NCBI GenBank assembly: GCA_026708015.1
Contig: JAPOVT010000065.1
Coordinates: forward strand, 5,345-69,344
Length of the DNA stretch: 64,000 bases
DNA from: a bacterium
GTDB taxonomy: Bacteria; Actinomycetota; Acidimicrobiia; Acidimicrobiales; Bin134
Direction: 5' to 3'
The notes beneath the pieces are model-generated. The model was not told the DNA's origin. It searched no databases and saw only the letters and a program-made list of their open reading frames with translations. The translations under genes and the position numbers were made by a program. This document shows positions 31,667 through 41,327 of the stretch, piece by piece. Numbering within the stretch: position 1 is the first letter of the stretch; each line of letters opens with the position of its first letter.

Positions 31667-33085
31667 TTAGGGTCTCACACCTAATTGGCCGCCTCGCAGT
31701 CCACGCCGCACGAGGGCGGTACCGGAGGGGAAGGCGACCACGATCACCGCCGCTGAGGCCGCAAATGTGGCGATGACCCAGACCCAGGCCCTCTGGAATC
31801 CAGCCAGCAGCTCATCGCTGGGCGCCGAGTTGAACAGCGCAACCACCACGGCAATACCCAGGGCGAAGCACACCTGCTGAACAGTGCGGGTGGTGGCATT
31901 GGCGATGGCGAATTGCGTTGGTGGGATGTCGCTCATGGCAGCGCTGACAAAGGTGGCGATGGACAGGCCCACCCCGATGCCCAAGGCAATGTTGGCGGGC
32001 AGGAACACGGTGAAATAGGCCGACGACTCCCCCGCCAGCAGCAGCAGCCACAGGTACGAAAGCCCGCACAGCACAACTCCCGCCGCCAACAGCCAGCGAT
32101 GACCCCAGCGGTCGGCCATCCGTCCGATGGGAATGGACAGCACCGATGCCATAATCGGCCCCGGTGTGAGCCCGAGACCGGCCTCCAGCACGGTGAGCCC
32201 CCACAGGTCTTGGAGCAGCAGCGAGCTCATCAAGAAGCCCGGCACGAACCCTAGCGCGTACAGCCCGAACGAGGCGGTGGCCGCCCAGAATGACCGGTAG
32301 CTGAACAGGCTGAGGTCGAGGAGCGGATTGGGGTGCGACCGCGACCGCCAGATCACGAACGGCAGCAAGACAACTCCCAGCAACGCGAAGACGATGATGC
32401 GGTAGTCGCCATAGCCCCAGCCCTCGCCCTGGACGATGGCCACCATGACCAGCGCCAAGGCCAGGGTGCCAATCGGCACCCCCACCACGTCGAGGCGGCC
32501 CTCGGCTTCCTCGTCGCGCGACTCCCGCACCAAGCGGGTGGTGGCCGCGAACACCAGTGCGGCGATGGGCAAATTGACGTAGAAGATCCACCGCCAGCCC
32601 AGGCCCTCTATCAACAGCGCGCCGATGGATGGGCCGAACGCCGCCCCCAGCGCGCCCATCGCCCCCCACATCCCGATAGCCGCGGAGCGGCGGGACACGG
32701 GGAATTCCGGCAACACCATGGCCAACGACGACGGCATGATCAGCGATCCGCCCATGGCCTGCACCACTCGGGCGGCGATCAGAATCTCCACTCGGGGGGC
32801 CACTCCGCTGAGCAGCGAGCCGACGGCGAAGATCACCAAACCGAGATTGAACATCTTGCGCCGGCCCTGGCGGTCGGCCAGCCGCCCCGACAGCAGCAGG
32901 AACGACCCCACCGTGATGGAGTAACCGCTCACGATCCATGACAGCGCGGCGTTGGAGGCATCCAGTGATCTCTGGATCGACGGGAAGGCCACGTTGACGA
33001 TGGAAACGTCCACCACCACCATGAACGCCGCCGCAGTGGCCGCCCCCAGCGCCAGCCAGGAGCGGCGCTCAACCGGCTCTACCAC
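31667..33085 (-). CDS. MFS transporter, DHA2 (EmrB/QacA-like)
   Basis: DVSIVNVAFP, GRLADRQGRR, GWRWIFYVNLP; about 14 TM segments; start uncertain. Confidence 0.92.
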   Translation of the reverse strand: MVEPVERRSWLALGAATAAAFMVVVDVSIVNVAFPSIQRSLDASNAALSWIVSGYSITVGSFLLLSGRLADRQGRRKMFNLGLVIFAVGSLLSGVAPRVEILIAARVVQAMGGSLIMPSSLAMVLPEFPVSRRSAAIGMWGAMGALGAAFGPSIGALLIEGLGWRWIFYVNLPIAALVFAATTRLVRESRDEEAEGRLDVVGVPIGTLALALVMVAIVQGEGWGYGDYRIIVFALLGVVLLPFVIWRSRSHPNPLLDLSLFSYRSFWAATASFGLYALGFVPGFLMSSLLLQDLWGLTVLEAGLGLTPGPIMASVLSIPIGRMADRWGHRWLLAAGVVLCGLSYLWLLLLAGESSAYFTVFLPANIALGIGVGLSIATFVSAAMSDIPPTQFAIANATTRTVQQVCFALGIAVVVALFNSAPSDELLAGFQRAWVWVIATFAASAAVIVVAFPSGTALVRRGLRGGQLGVRP

Positions 33086-33203
33086 GGGGCGCCTTCCATC
33101 GGGGCCACGGTAGCGGTGCGCCGCGGGTCCCCGGCCAGCGACGGAACGAAATGCTCTGACCACCGCCGGATCGGGGACCCGTGGCCACTGTACCGGCCTG
33201 TGT

Positions 33204-33584
33204 CTAGGTCGGCAACGGGTTTGCGGCCAGGGTGGGGCAGTCTTTCCAGAGGAGATCGAGGGCGTAGTAGTCCCGGGCTGACGAAGAGAAGATGTGAACT
33301 ACGAAGTCGCCGTAGTCCATCAGCACCCACTCGTGGTCAGTGAGGCCCTCGATGCAGATGGGCTTGGGACCGCCACAGAGATCCACTGCTTCTTCGATCC
33401 GCTCGGTCAGTGCCCTAACCGCCCGAGTATTCGGCCCACTGGTGATCACAAAGTGATCGGTGATGACCAGCACGTCGCCCACATCGATGATGACGGTGTC
33501 AAACCCGGGGCCATCTTCTGCCGCGTCCGCTGCGGCCTTTACCCAATCCCACACGACCGTTGCGTCAGCGGTGCTGACGCTCAT
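33204..33584 (-). CDS. rsfS: Ribosome silencing factor
   Basis: ITDHFVITSG, WVLMDYGDFVVHIF, RDYYALDLLW. Confidence 0.95.
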   Translation of the reverse strand: MSVSTADATVVWDWVKAAADAAEDGPGFDTVIIDVGDVLVITDHFVITSGPNTRAVRALTERIEEAVDLCGGPKPICIEGLTDHEWVLMDYGDFVVHIFSSSARDYYALDLLWKDCPTLAANPLPT

Positions 33585-33656
33585 GTGGCGATCACGTCAT
33601 CATCCGCAATGGTCGTGAGACGGGTATGGCGCTCATGCGGGCATCACGCTCTCACT

Positions 33657-34826
33657 CTAACCATCTCCGGTCATCAGATGGGAGAAATCTGCGCCGAAGG
33701 TCACCGTGATGTCAGCGGAGGCATTGGGCAGCTCTTCGGCGATGGCCGATCCGGTGCCCAAGGCGTCTCGGTAAGCCTCGGCGTGGGCGGCGAAGCCAAC
33801 ATCGTGATAGGCGACTTTGGTGGTTTCCCATCCGAACTCCGCGGCATTTCCGATCCGCGTGATCTGCGCACCGGCCCGGCTGAGCTCTCGGGCCGCAGTT
33901 TTGGTGAGCTCAAGGTCTCCAACGCCATTGAGCAACCGAACTCTGGGCAAGCTCCCGCTCGAAGCCGAGATGGGAAACGGGATGACTTCCCTCACCTGCC
34001 GGCCAACCCTCTCCGGATCTACTACCACTACTCCACTGTCATCGACCCCCCCAATGATCGTGCTCATGAACACCTCCCCCGCAGCGAGGGCCCGCCCGAA
34101 TCGGCCCATCCCTCGGTCAGTCTCGCCAGGAATAACGTTGGGCGCGGTCGAGTCCCCCACCTGCCTCAGCCAACCCCCCCAGAACGACAGGTGACGAGAC
34201 AAGGCTTCGAACGGCGACTCGCCCGGACTGCGCCCTGCCAAATAAGGCCCGACATCGGCCGCGGCCAAGTTCACCAGTCCGGCCCCGAACCGGGTCTCCC
34301 CGTCAGGGCCAACGAGCGGAACAGCACTGATGAAGGCAATAGGCTCCACCGCCGACACCAACGCCGCCCAGCTGCCATCGTCCACCACCTGCGTCTCGCC
34401 GGGGCGGACATCCAACAACTCGGCAATTGAGTCGGCTACTCCCGCGCTGGCCGACTCGACCCAGCGTTCGCTAATCGACCCTCCAGAGGTCAACGTCTCA
34501 GAGGGAATGAACAGAACCGCCCCCTCGACTCCGGGGTCAGTCAGCGCCAGCAGTGTGACCCCGTGGAGACGGTCGCCGTTGGCGTGGATCAACAGCAGCG
34601 TGGGCGTCGGGTCTACAAATGCCTCGTACCCGGGGGCGTCGGGATTGGCCGGGGTGCTCACCTCCGTACCGTCGCTGCTGCCGGAAATGGCCGACCACCC
34701 CAGCCACACCAGCAGCGGCACCGCGGCGGCTAGACCCAACACCAGCAGCGGCCAGCCCCAGCGCCACCAGCGTGGCGATCCCTTCCTCGGCGCTGCGCCA
34801 CCGGCGCCTGGTGTGGAATCACCCAT
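33657..34826 (-). CDS. Membrane-anchored LCP-like protein with LytR C-terminal domain
   Basis: N-terminal TM segment; C-terminal VRLLNGVG..GNA..DITVTFGADF. Confidence 0.8.
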   Translation of the reverse strand: MGDSTPGAGGAAPRKGSPRWWRWGWPLLVLGLAAAVPLLVWLGWSAISGSSDGTEVSTPANPDAPGYEAFVDPTPTLLLIHANGDRLHGVTLLALTDPGVEGAVLFIPSETLTSGGSISERWVESASAGVADSIAELLDVRPGETQVVDDGSWAALVSAVEPIAFISAVPLVGPDGETRFGAGLVNLAAADVGPYLAGRSPGESPFEALSRHLSFWGGWLRQVGDSTAPNVIPGETDRGMGRFGRALAAGEVFMSTIIGGVDDSGVVVVDPERVGRQVREVIPFPISASSGSLPRVRLLNGVGDLELTKTAARELSRAGAQITRIGNAAEFGWETTKVAYHDVGFAAHAEAYRDALGTGSAIAEELPNASADITVTFGADFSHLMTGDG

Positions 34827-35391
34827 ACAGCCTCTTTTGGCGGCAGTAGGCCAGCGCAGCGGGAGGGACCAAGCCGTCAAGCGGCTGGCCAGCGTCAGCC
34901 CACTCCCGCACCTGGGTACTGGACAGGTCAACCAGCGGGCAGTCCACCACCATGTGGGCCACAGGCGGGCGATCTCCCATCGCACCGGGCCGGTCCACCA
35001 CGACCACTTCAGCCATCGCGGCGATCTCCTCCAATCGGCGCCAGGTATCCAGTCCGCCAGCGGCATCGCTGCCCGTGATGAGGAAGAGCGAACTCTCGGG
35101 GTTGTCGGCCCGGAATGCCTCCAAAGTGTCCACGGTGTAGGTCAGGCCGCCGCGATCTATCTCCACCGATGAGGCCACCACCCCTTCGATCCCATCCACG
35201 GCCGCTTGCACCATGGCCAGTCGATCCTGTGCGGGGCTGAGCTGTGGCCGATCCAGCTTCTGCCAGGGTTCGTTGGCCACCACCAACTCCACCCGGTCGA
35301 GGTCCAACTCCGCCCGCACCCAGCCAGCCACTGCGAGATGGCCGACGTGGATTGGGTCGAACGTGCCCCCGAAAATGCCGATGCGACTCAC
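34819..35391 (-). CDS. nadD: Nicotinate-nucleotide adenylyltransferase
   Basis: GIFGGTFDPIHVGH, TYTVDTL, LSSTQVR; GTG 7 nt after TACACT. Confidence 0.96.
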   Translation of the reverse strand: MSRIGIFGGTFDPIHVGHLAVAGWVRAELDLDRVELVVANEPWQKLDRPQLSPAQDRLAMVQAAVDGIEGVVASSVEIDRGGLTYTVDTLEAFRADNPESSLFLITGSDAAGGLDTWRRLEEIAAMAEVVVVDRPGAMGDRPPVAHMVVDCPLVDLSSTQVREWADAGQPLDGLVPPAALAYCRQKRLYG

Positions 35392-35575
35392 TGTCGGCAG
35401 TGTACGAAACAAAGTGCCGGCATCCTTGCCACCCGTGACACCGCCGCCATCCAAGAAAATCGTGCGGGATTCAACGCAACCCAACGGTAATTTCGCGAGT
35501 CAAAGTGAAAGGCAACCGGGAACAAATCAGAGCGCGGATTGGTTGCAGATCACGAAGACAACAAGACAGGGACAA

Positions 35576-36409
35576 ATGGACGATTCAACAGGCCAGTATC
35601 TCAACGCAATCGGCTTGGTGCCGCTCCTCACCAAAGAAGACGAAGTACGACTTGCTCAGACAATCGAGCGAGGCCGCGAGGCCCAAGCCCGGTTGGACGC
35701 CGGAGAACGCAGCCCCCGGCTGCATACCCAAGTACGAGAAGCTGCCAAAGCCAAGGAGCGCTTCATTCGAGCCAACCTTCGCCTGGTGGTCAGCGTGGCC
35801 AAGAAATACCCCCTGCCCACCGGCATGGAACTGCTGGATTTGGTGCAGGAGGGCAATTTGGGTTTGGACCGAGCGGTGGAGAAGTTCGACTGGCGCAAGG
35901 GATTCAAGTTCTCCACCTACGCCACCTTCTGGATCCGCCAGTCCATCGGTCGGGCGCTGGACCAAAAGGCCAACCTGATCCGGCTTCCCGGCGAGCGGGC
36001 CGCCAGTCTGAGGGCTGCGGTGCGCCAAGCCACCGGGGGCGGCGAAGAGTTGGACTCCGAGCACGCCCTGCTGCACCGGCTCACCTCGCTCACATCGTTG
36101 AATACCACGGTGGGAGACGACAACAACAGCGAACTGGTAGATCTCCAGCCCGATGCCAGCCCCGGACCAGAAGATCTGACCATGGCCGCCGACCAGTCGG
36201 CCACGCTAGCTGGGCTGCTCAGCGATCTGGACGAAAGGGCCCGGTTCGCAGTGGAAATGCGCTACGGGCTCATTGACGGGGAAAAGCACAGCTACCGGGA
36301 GATCGGCGAAGCGCTGGGGCTGACCTCAGAGGCCATCCGACGCATCATCGGCCGATCGCTGGACTCGGTCCGGGCTCGGGCCGAACTGCTGGATATCGAC
36401 GCCGCGTAG
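35576..36409 (+). CDS. Sigma-70 family factor (RpoD/SigB-like, regions 1.2-2-4, shortened region 3)
   Basis: YLNAIGLVPLLT, ANLRLVVSVAKKY, DLVQEGNLGL..AVEKFD..KGFKFSTYATFWIRQ. Confidence 0.92.
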   Translation: MDDSTGQYLNAIGLVPLLTKEDEVRLAQTIERGREAQARLDAGERSPRLHTQVREAAKAKERFIRANLRLVVSVAKKYPLPTGMELLDLVQEGNLGLDRAVEKFDWRKGFKFSTYATFWIRQSIGRALDQKANLIRLPGERAASLRAAVRQATGGGEELDSEHALLHRLTSLTSLNTTVGDDNNSELVDLQPDASPGPEDLTMAADQSATLAGLLSDLDERARFAVEMRYGLIDGEKHSYREIGEALGLTSEAIRRIIGRSLDSVRARAELLDIDAA

Positions 36410-36464
36410 CCTCCCGCCAGTAATTGGTTTTGCCTCATAGTCGACGACAGGCGACCATTTTGCC

Positions 36465-37838
36465 ATGAGTTCGGCCCCAGTCGAAGCGGCCAGCACGCCT
36501 CCGGTTGCCTGGAATCCCGCGTCTTGGCATGACCGGCCGGCAGCCCAGCAACCGCAATGGCCCGACCAGGCCACGCTGGATCAGGTACTCAAGACGCTGG
36601 GCGAACTGCCTCCGCTGGTTTTCGCCGGTGAAGCCCGCCAGCTCCAAGATCAGCTCGCGGAGGCCGCCGCGGGCCGGGCATTCGTTCTCCAGGCCGGAGA
36701 CTGCGCCGAGTCCTTCGACGGTGTGACCGCCGACAGCATCCGAGACAAGCTCAAGGTCATCCTCCAAATGGCGGTGGTGCTGGCTTTCTCGGCCGGGGTG
36801 CCCACGGTGAAGATTGGCCGGATTGCCGGCCAATTCGCCAAACCCCGGTCATCGTCCACCGAGGTGGTCGACGATGTGGAACTCCCCTCCTTCCGGGGCC
36901 ACATGGTCAACGACATCAGCTTTTCCGAACACTCGCGCGTCGCCGATCCTGAACGCCTAGTGCGGGCCTACCACCAGTCGGCGTCCACACTCAACCTGCT
37001 ACGGGCATTCACCAAGGGGGGTTACGCCGATCTCCGCCAAGTCCACGTGTGGAATCAGGAGTTCATCGCCGCCAGCCCAGAGGGACGACGCTATGAGCGG
37101 GTGGCCGACGGCATTGAAGCCGCTTTGCGATTCATGGCCGCCTGTGGAATCTCCACCGACGCCCCTGAATTGCACCAGGTGGACTTCTTCACTAGCCACG
37201 AGGCGCTGGTGCTCGACTACGAACAGGCCCTCACCCGCCAAGACTCCATTACCGGCCAGTGGTACGACTGCTCGGCCCACATGTTGTGGATCGGCGAGCG
37301 CACCCGCCAGCTCGACGGGGCCCACGTGGAGTTTATGCGGGGCATCAAGAACCCGTTGGGCTGCAAGCTGGGACCAACCACCACCCCCGCAGATGTACTC
37401 GAGCTTTGCCAGATCCTCAATCCCGACCGAATTCCCGGCCGGCTCACCCTCATCAGTCGCATGGGCGCCGACAAGGTGTCCGATGCGCTGCCGCCTCTGC
37501 TAGCCGCCGTGCGCGATGCCAGCCATCCGGTTGTTTGGGAGTGCGACCCCATGCACGGCAACACCTACACCACCGCCGGCGGGCGAAAGACCCGCCACTT
37601 CGACGACGTGATGGCCGAGATCGACCGCTATTTCACGGCTCACGCCGAGGCCGACACCTGGCCCGGAGGCATCCACGTGGAGATCACCGGCGACGATGTC
37701 ACCGAATGCGTGGGCGGCGCCGAGGCCATCAGCGACGACGATTTGGAGCGCCGCTACGAGACCATGTGCGATCCCCGCCTCAACGGCACCCAGAGCCTGG
37801 AATTGGCCTTCCGGGTCGCCGAGCGGCTCAGCGTCTGA
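36465..37838 (+). CDS. DAHP synthase, class II
   Basis: LQAGDCAESF, GRIAGQFAKPRS, WIGERTR, CDPMHGNT, CDPRLN. Confidence 0.96.
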   Translation: MSSAPVEAASTPPVAWNPASWHDRPAAQQPQWPDQATLDQVLKTLGELPPLVFAGEARQLQDQLAEAAAGRAFVLQAGDCAESFDGVTADSIRDKLKVILQMAVVLAFSAGVPTVKIGRIAGQFAKPRSSSTEVVDDVELPSFRGHMVNDISFSEHSRVADPERLVRAYHQSASTLNLLRAFTKGGYADLRQVHVWNQEFIAASPEGRRYERVADGIEAALRFMAACGISTDAPELHQVDFFTSHEALVLDYEQALTRQDSITGQWYDCSAHMLWIGERTRQLDGAHVEFMRGIKNPLGCKLGPTTTPADVLELCQILNPDRIPGRLTLISRMGADKVSDALPPLLAAVRDASHPVVWECDPMHGNTYTTAGGRKTRHFDDVMAEIDRYFTAHAEADTWPGGIHVEITGDDVTECVGGAEAISDDDLERRYETMCDPRLNGTQSLELAFRVAERLSV

Positions 37839-37864
37839 CGCTGCGACAATCCTGTTTTCGGATT

Positions 37865-37942
37865 ATTCGGACCAAAACACTCGGAATTTGATTTCAGGTC
37901 GCTATCCTGATAAACAACTAATCGGATCAAAGTAGTCCGATT
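37865..37942 (+). promoter_or_regulatory. Two 7-9-7 inverted-repeat operator-like sites upstream of sir-cysH
   Basis: ATTCGGA-N9-TCGGAAT (37865-37887) and AATCGGA-N9-TCCGATT (37920-37942) in an AT-rich spacer. Confidence 0.7.
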
Positions 37943-37988
37943 TAGTGGTTGCCTGAACCCCGATCCCCAACACCCCGAAGAAGGTCCG

Positions 37989-39773
37989 ATGGTCACGGTC
38001 CAAATCGACAACACCGCGGTAATCGACCCCGCTCAGCAAGCCGACATCGACAAGTTCGAGCGGATGCTGGCTCGCTACAAGGCCGGTGAGATACCAGAGG
38101 ACGTGATGCGGGTGTTCCGCCTGAACAACGGCATCTATGGACAGCGCCAGGGCGGGACCAACCAGATGGTGCGGGTCAAGATCCCCGCTGGCATCGCCCA
38201 CCCCGAACACTTCGAGGCTTTGGCCCACATCGCCCGGACCTATTCCCGAGGCTGGGGCCACATCACCACTCGCCAGAACATCCAATTCCACTATGTGCAG
38301 ATCGACGACGTTCCCGACGTGATGCGAACCCTGGCCTCGGTGGGGCTCACCACCCGGGAGGCCTGCGGCGACACCGTCCGCAACGTGCAGGGCTGCCATC
38401 TGGCCGGCGCCTGCCCCCATGAGGTGCTCGACATCACCGCCTGGGCCAGGGCTACCGCACTGCACTTCTTGCGCCATCCCTACGCCCAGCGCCTGCCCCG
38501 CAAGTTCAAGATCAACTTCTCGGGGTGCGCCACCGACTGCGGTCAGGCCATGTTCAACGACGTGGGCGTAATCGCCGCCACCCGCGAGGTGGACGGTGGC
38601 GTGGAGGCTGGGTTCCGGGTGTTCGTGGCCGGCGGCCTGGGGGCCAACCCCCATCCGGCGCTGGCCCTGGAAGACTTCACCTCCCGCGAGGACCTGCTTC
38701 CCACCATCGAGGCCTGCCTGCGGGTGTTCGACCACGACGGCTATCGGGACAACAAGCTCCGGGCACGAATGAAGTGGCTGGTGGAGAAGTTGGGCTTCGA
38801 GGAGCTCCAGCGCCGCATTTTCCGGGAACGCAAGTTCTTGCTGGCCTCCTCCAGTTGGCCCGGCGGCATCCCCGATTTGGTGAAGATCCACGGCGACGCT
38901 CCTGCTGGGCGCCACGCTGAAATCGAGGTCACACCGGTGGGTCAAGGGGTGGCGGTCTCCATTGGCGGCCGGGCGCCGTACGAACGGTGGGAGCAGGCCA
39001 ACGTGGTGCGGGGCGCGGCCAAGGGCACGGTCTCGGCCTATGCCTGGGCCCGTCTGGGCGACATCACCGCCGACCAATTCGACTCTCTGGCCGACATCCA
39101 GCGGGAACTGGGCGCGGAGTGCCGGATCACCAACCGCCAGAACATCGTCTTCCGCGACTTGGCCGAGCACCAGCTTCCCCGGCTGTTCGAGGCCTTGTCG
39201 TCTATCGGCATGGCCGAGCCCGGCGCGGAGCTGTTGAGCGATGTTGTGGCCTGCCCCGGCGCCGACACCTGCAACCTGGCCGTGACCCAGTCCCGGGGTT
39301 TGGCCGACGCCATCGGCAACCGCTTGGACGAGGAAGGCCTCGCCGAGGTGGGCGGTTTGCGAATAAACATCTCGGGCTGCACCAATTCGTGCGGCCAGCA
39401 CCACGCCTCCGACATCGGCTTCTTCGGTGCCGAGCGCCGAGCGCACGGGCGGTCGGCACCGGGCTACCAGATGCTTCTCGGCGGCTATGTGGGCGACTCC
39501 CAGATCCACTTTGGTACCAAGGCCCTGCGTCTGCCGGCCCGCAATGCCCCAGAAGCGGTGGTGCGGGTGGTGCGCCAGTTCACCGCCGAACGGGAGGCCG
39601 GCGAAGAGTTCCGCCACTGGCTGGAGCGCAAGGGCGGATCGAGGGAGGTCGGCAAGACGCTGACCGACTTGGACGAGTTCCCCTTGCCCGACGATGGACC
39701 CGAGTTCTACGTCGACTACGACGAGACCGGTCCCTACGAAGCGGTGATCGGCGATTCTGAATGCGCAACCTGA
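37989..39773 (+). CDS. sir: Ferredoxin-type sulfite/nitrite reductase (probably sulfite)
   Basis: HITTRQNIQFH, ACGDTVRNV, LPRKFK, CPGADTC, SGCTNSCGQH; adjacent to cysH. Confidence 0.9.
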   Translation: MVTVQIDNTAVIDPAQQADIDKFERMLARYKAGEIPEDVMRVFRLNNGIYGQRQGGTNQMVRVKIPAGIAHPEHFEALAHIARTYSRGWGHITTRQNIQFHYVQIDDVPDVMRTLASVGLTTREACGDTVRNVQGCHLAGACPHEVLDITAWARATALHFLRHPYAQRLPRKFKINFSGCATDCGQAMFNDVGVIAATREVDGGVEAGFRVFVAGGLGANPHPALALEDFTSREDLLPTIEACLRVFDHDGYRDNKLRARMKWLVEKLGFEELQRRIFRERKFLLASSSWPGGIPDLVKIHGDAPAGRHAEIEVTPVGQGVAVSIGGRAPYERWEQANVVRGAAKGTVSAYAWARLGDITADQFDSLADIQRELGAECRITNRQNIVFRDLAEHQLPRLFEALSSIGMAEPGAELLSDVVACPGADTCNLAVTQSRGLADAIGNRLDEEGLAEVGGLRINISGCTNSCGQHHASDIGFFGAERRAHGRSAPGYQMLLGGYVGDSQIHFGTKALRLPARNAPEAVVRVVRQFTAEREAGEEFRHWLERKGGSREVGKTLTDLDEFPLPDDGPEFYVDYDETGPYEAVIGDSECAT

Positions 39774-39810
39774 GGCCCGCGGCAACCGTCATCCCGATCG
39801 GCAATTCCGA

Positions 39811-40485
39811 ATGCGCAACCTGACCGTACCGTCGTTCACCGACGAAGAACTGGCCGCTCTCAACGAGGAGTTCGAGGGGCTGCCCGCGGAGAAGGTCATC
39901 CAGTGGGGAGTGGACAACTTCTCACCCCACCTGGCCCTGGCCGCGTCGATGACCGACGCGGTGCTGATTGATTTGGCCGTGAAGGTGGACCCAGCCATCG
40001 AGGTGGTGTTCATCGACACCGGGTTCCACTTCCCCGAGACGCTGGAGACGGTGGAGCGGGTGCGACGCCACTACGGCCTGAACCTGCGGCTGATGACGGT
40101 GGCCCGCCACGACCCCGAACTGTGGAACATGGATCCGGAGAACTGCTGCTCAGCGGTCAAAGCGGGCCAGCTCGACCGAGCGCTGGCCGGCAAGGCGGCC
40201 TGGATGAGCGGTCTTCGCCGGGTTGAGGCAGTAACTCGGGCATCGGCCCCCATCGTGGTGCGCGACCTGAGGGGTCTGGTGAAACTGAACCCCATCGCCA
40301 CCTGGACCGACGAGCAGGTGGCCGACTACATGGCCGAGCACCGGGTACCGTTCAACCCCCTGTTGGAGCGGGGCTACCCCTCCATCGGCTGCATGCCCTG
40401 TACCAAGCCCGTGGCCCCCGGCGACGACCCCCGCTCCGGCCGCTGGGCCGGCACCGACAAGACCGAGTGCGGCCTGCACGACTAG
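39811..40485 (+). CDS. cysH: APS/PAPS reductase (CC...CxxC suggests the Fe-S APS type)
   Basis: IDTGFHFPET, ENCC, GYPSIGCMPCT, RSGRW, KTECGLH. Confidence 0.95.
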   Translation: MRNLTVPSFTDEELAALNEEFEGLPAEKVIQWGVDNFSPHLALAASMTDAVLIDLAVKVDPAIEVVFIDTGFHFPETLETVERVRRHYGLNLRLMTVARHDPELWNMDPENCCSAVKAGQLDRALAGKAAWMSGLRRVEAVTRASAPIVVRDLRGLVKLNPIATWTDEQVADYMAEHRVPFNPLLERGYPSIGCMPCTKPVAPGDDPRSGRWAGTDKTECGLHD

Positions 40486-40545
40486 GCGCTCTCAGCCTGT
40501 CGATCGAAGTCATCCTCTCGCCTGCCACCGCATAGGGTGGCCGCC

Positions 40546-41313
40546 ATGTCTGCATTGGAGATGTCACCGACCACCGGTGTGGTGGTCACGGGAGGAGCGT
40601 CGGGGATTGGACGGGCTTGCGCTCGCGCCTTGGCCGAGGTGGGGCGACCGGTGTCGCTGTGGGACCTCAACGGCGACGGCGCGGCCGAGACAGCGGCCTC
40701 GATTGCCGCCGACTGCGGAGTGGTGACCCACTCGGTCGGGCTAGACGTGACCGACCGAACCGCGATTGATGAGGCAGTGGTCTCCGCCCGAGGGGAGTTG
40801 GGCACCATCGGCGGGTTGGTCCACGCCGCGGGGATCGTGACCTCCATGGACATCGACCACCTCACCGAGGAGATCTGGGACTCGGTGATCGGGGTGAACC
40901 TGCGGGCCGAGGTATTTGTGGCCCAAGCCCTACTGGCCGACCTCCGCAGCCATGAAGGATCGGCCATCGTGGGAATCGGGTCCATCATGTCGGTGGTGGG
41001 CAGCCCGACAATTCCGTCGTACACCGCCTCCAAGCATGGCGTGGTGGGACTGACAAAGTCGCTGGCCAACTACCTCGGCCCCGACGGCATCCGGGTGAAC
41101 GCCGCGGGCCCCGGCTACATCGAGACGCCGATGACCGCCGTGATGATGGACGACCCCCCAAGCAAGGCCGCCTGTGTGGAAAAGGCCCCGCTCGGCCGGG
41201 TGGGCACCCCCGCTGACATCGCAAAGGCCGTCCGCTTCCTCATGTCCGACGAGGCCGGATTCGTGACCGGCACCATCCTCATCGTCGACGGCGGCGTTAC
41301 CAGCCACGACTAA
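40546..41313 (+). CDS. SDR family oxidoreductase
   Basis: [22 protein letters not shown]. Confidence 0.95.
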   Translation: MSALEMSPTTGVVVTGGASGIGRACARALAEVGRPVSLWDLNGDGAAETAASIAADCGVVTHSVGLDVTDRTAIDEAVVSARGELGTIGGLVHAAGIVTSMDIDHLTEEIWDSVIGVNLRAEVFVAQALLADLRSHEGSAIVGIGSIMSVVGSPTIPSYTASKHGVVGLTKSLANYLGPDGIRVNAAGPGYIETPMTAVMMDDPPSKAACVEKAPLGRVGTPADIAKAVRFLMSDEAGFVTGTILIVDGGVTSHD

Positions 41314-41327
41314 GGCGGCGTTCCGAC

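Noticed and set aside
37902..39785. Long antisense or alternative-frame ORFs (also 13508-15646, 3582-5564, 6660-8057)
   Set aside because: Shadows of real genes caused by high-GC codon bias; no recognisable motifs.
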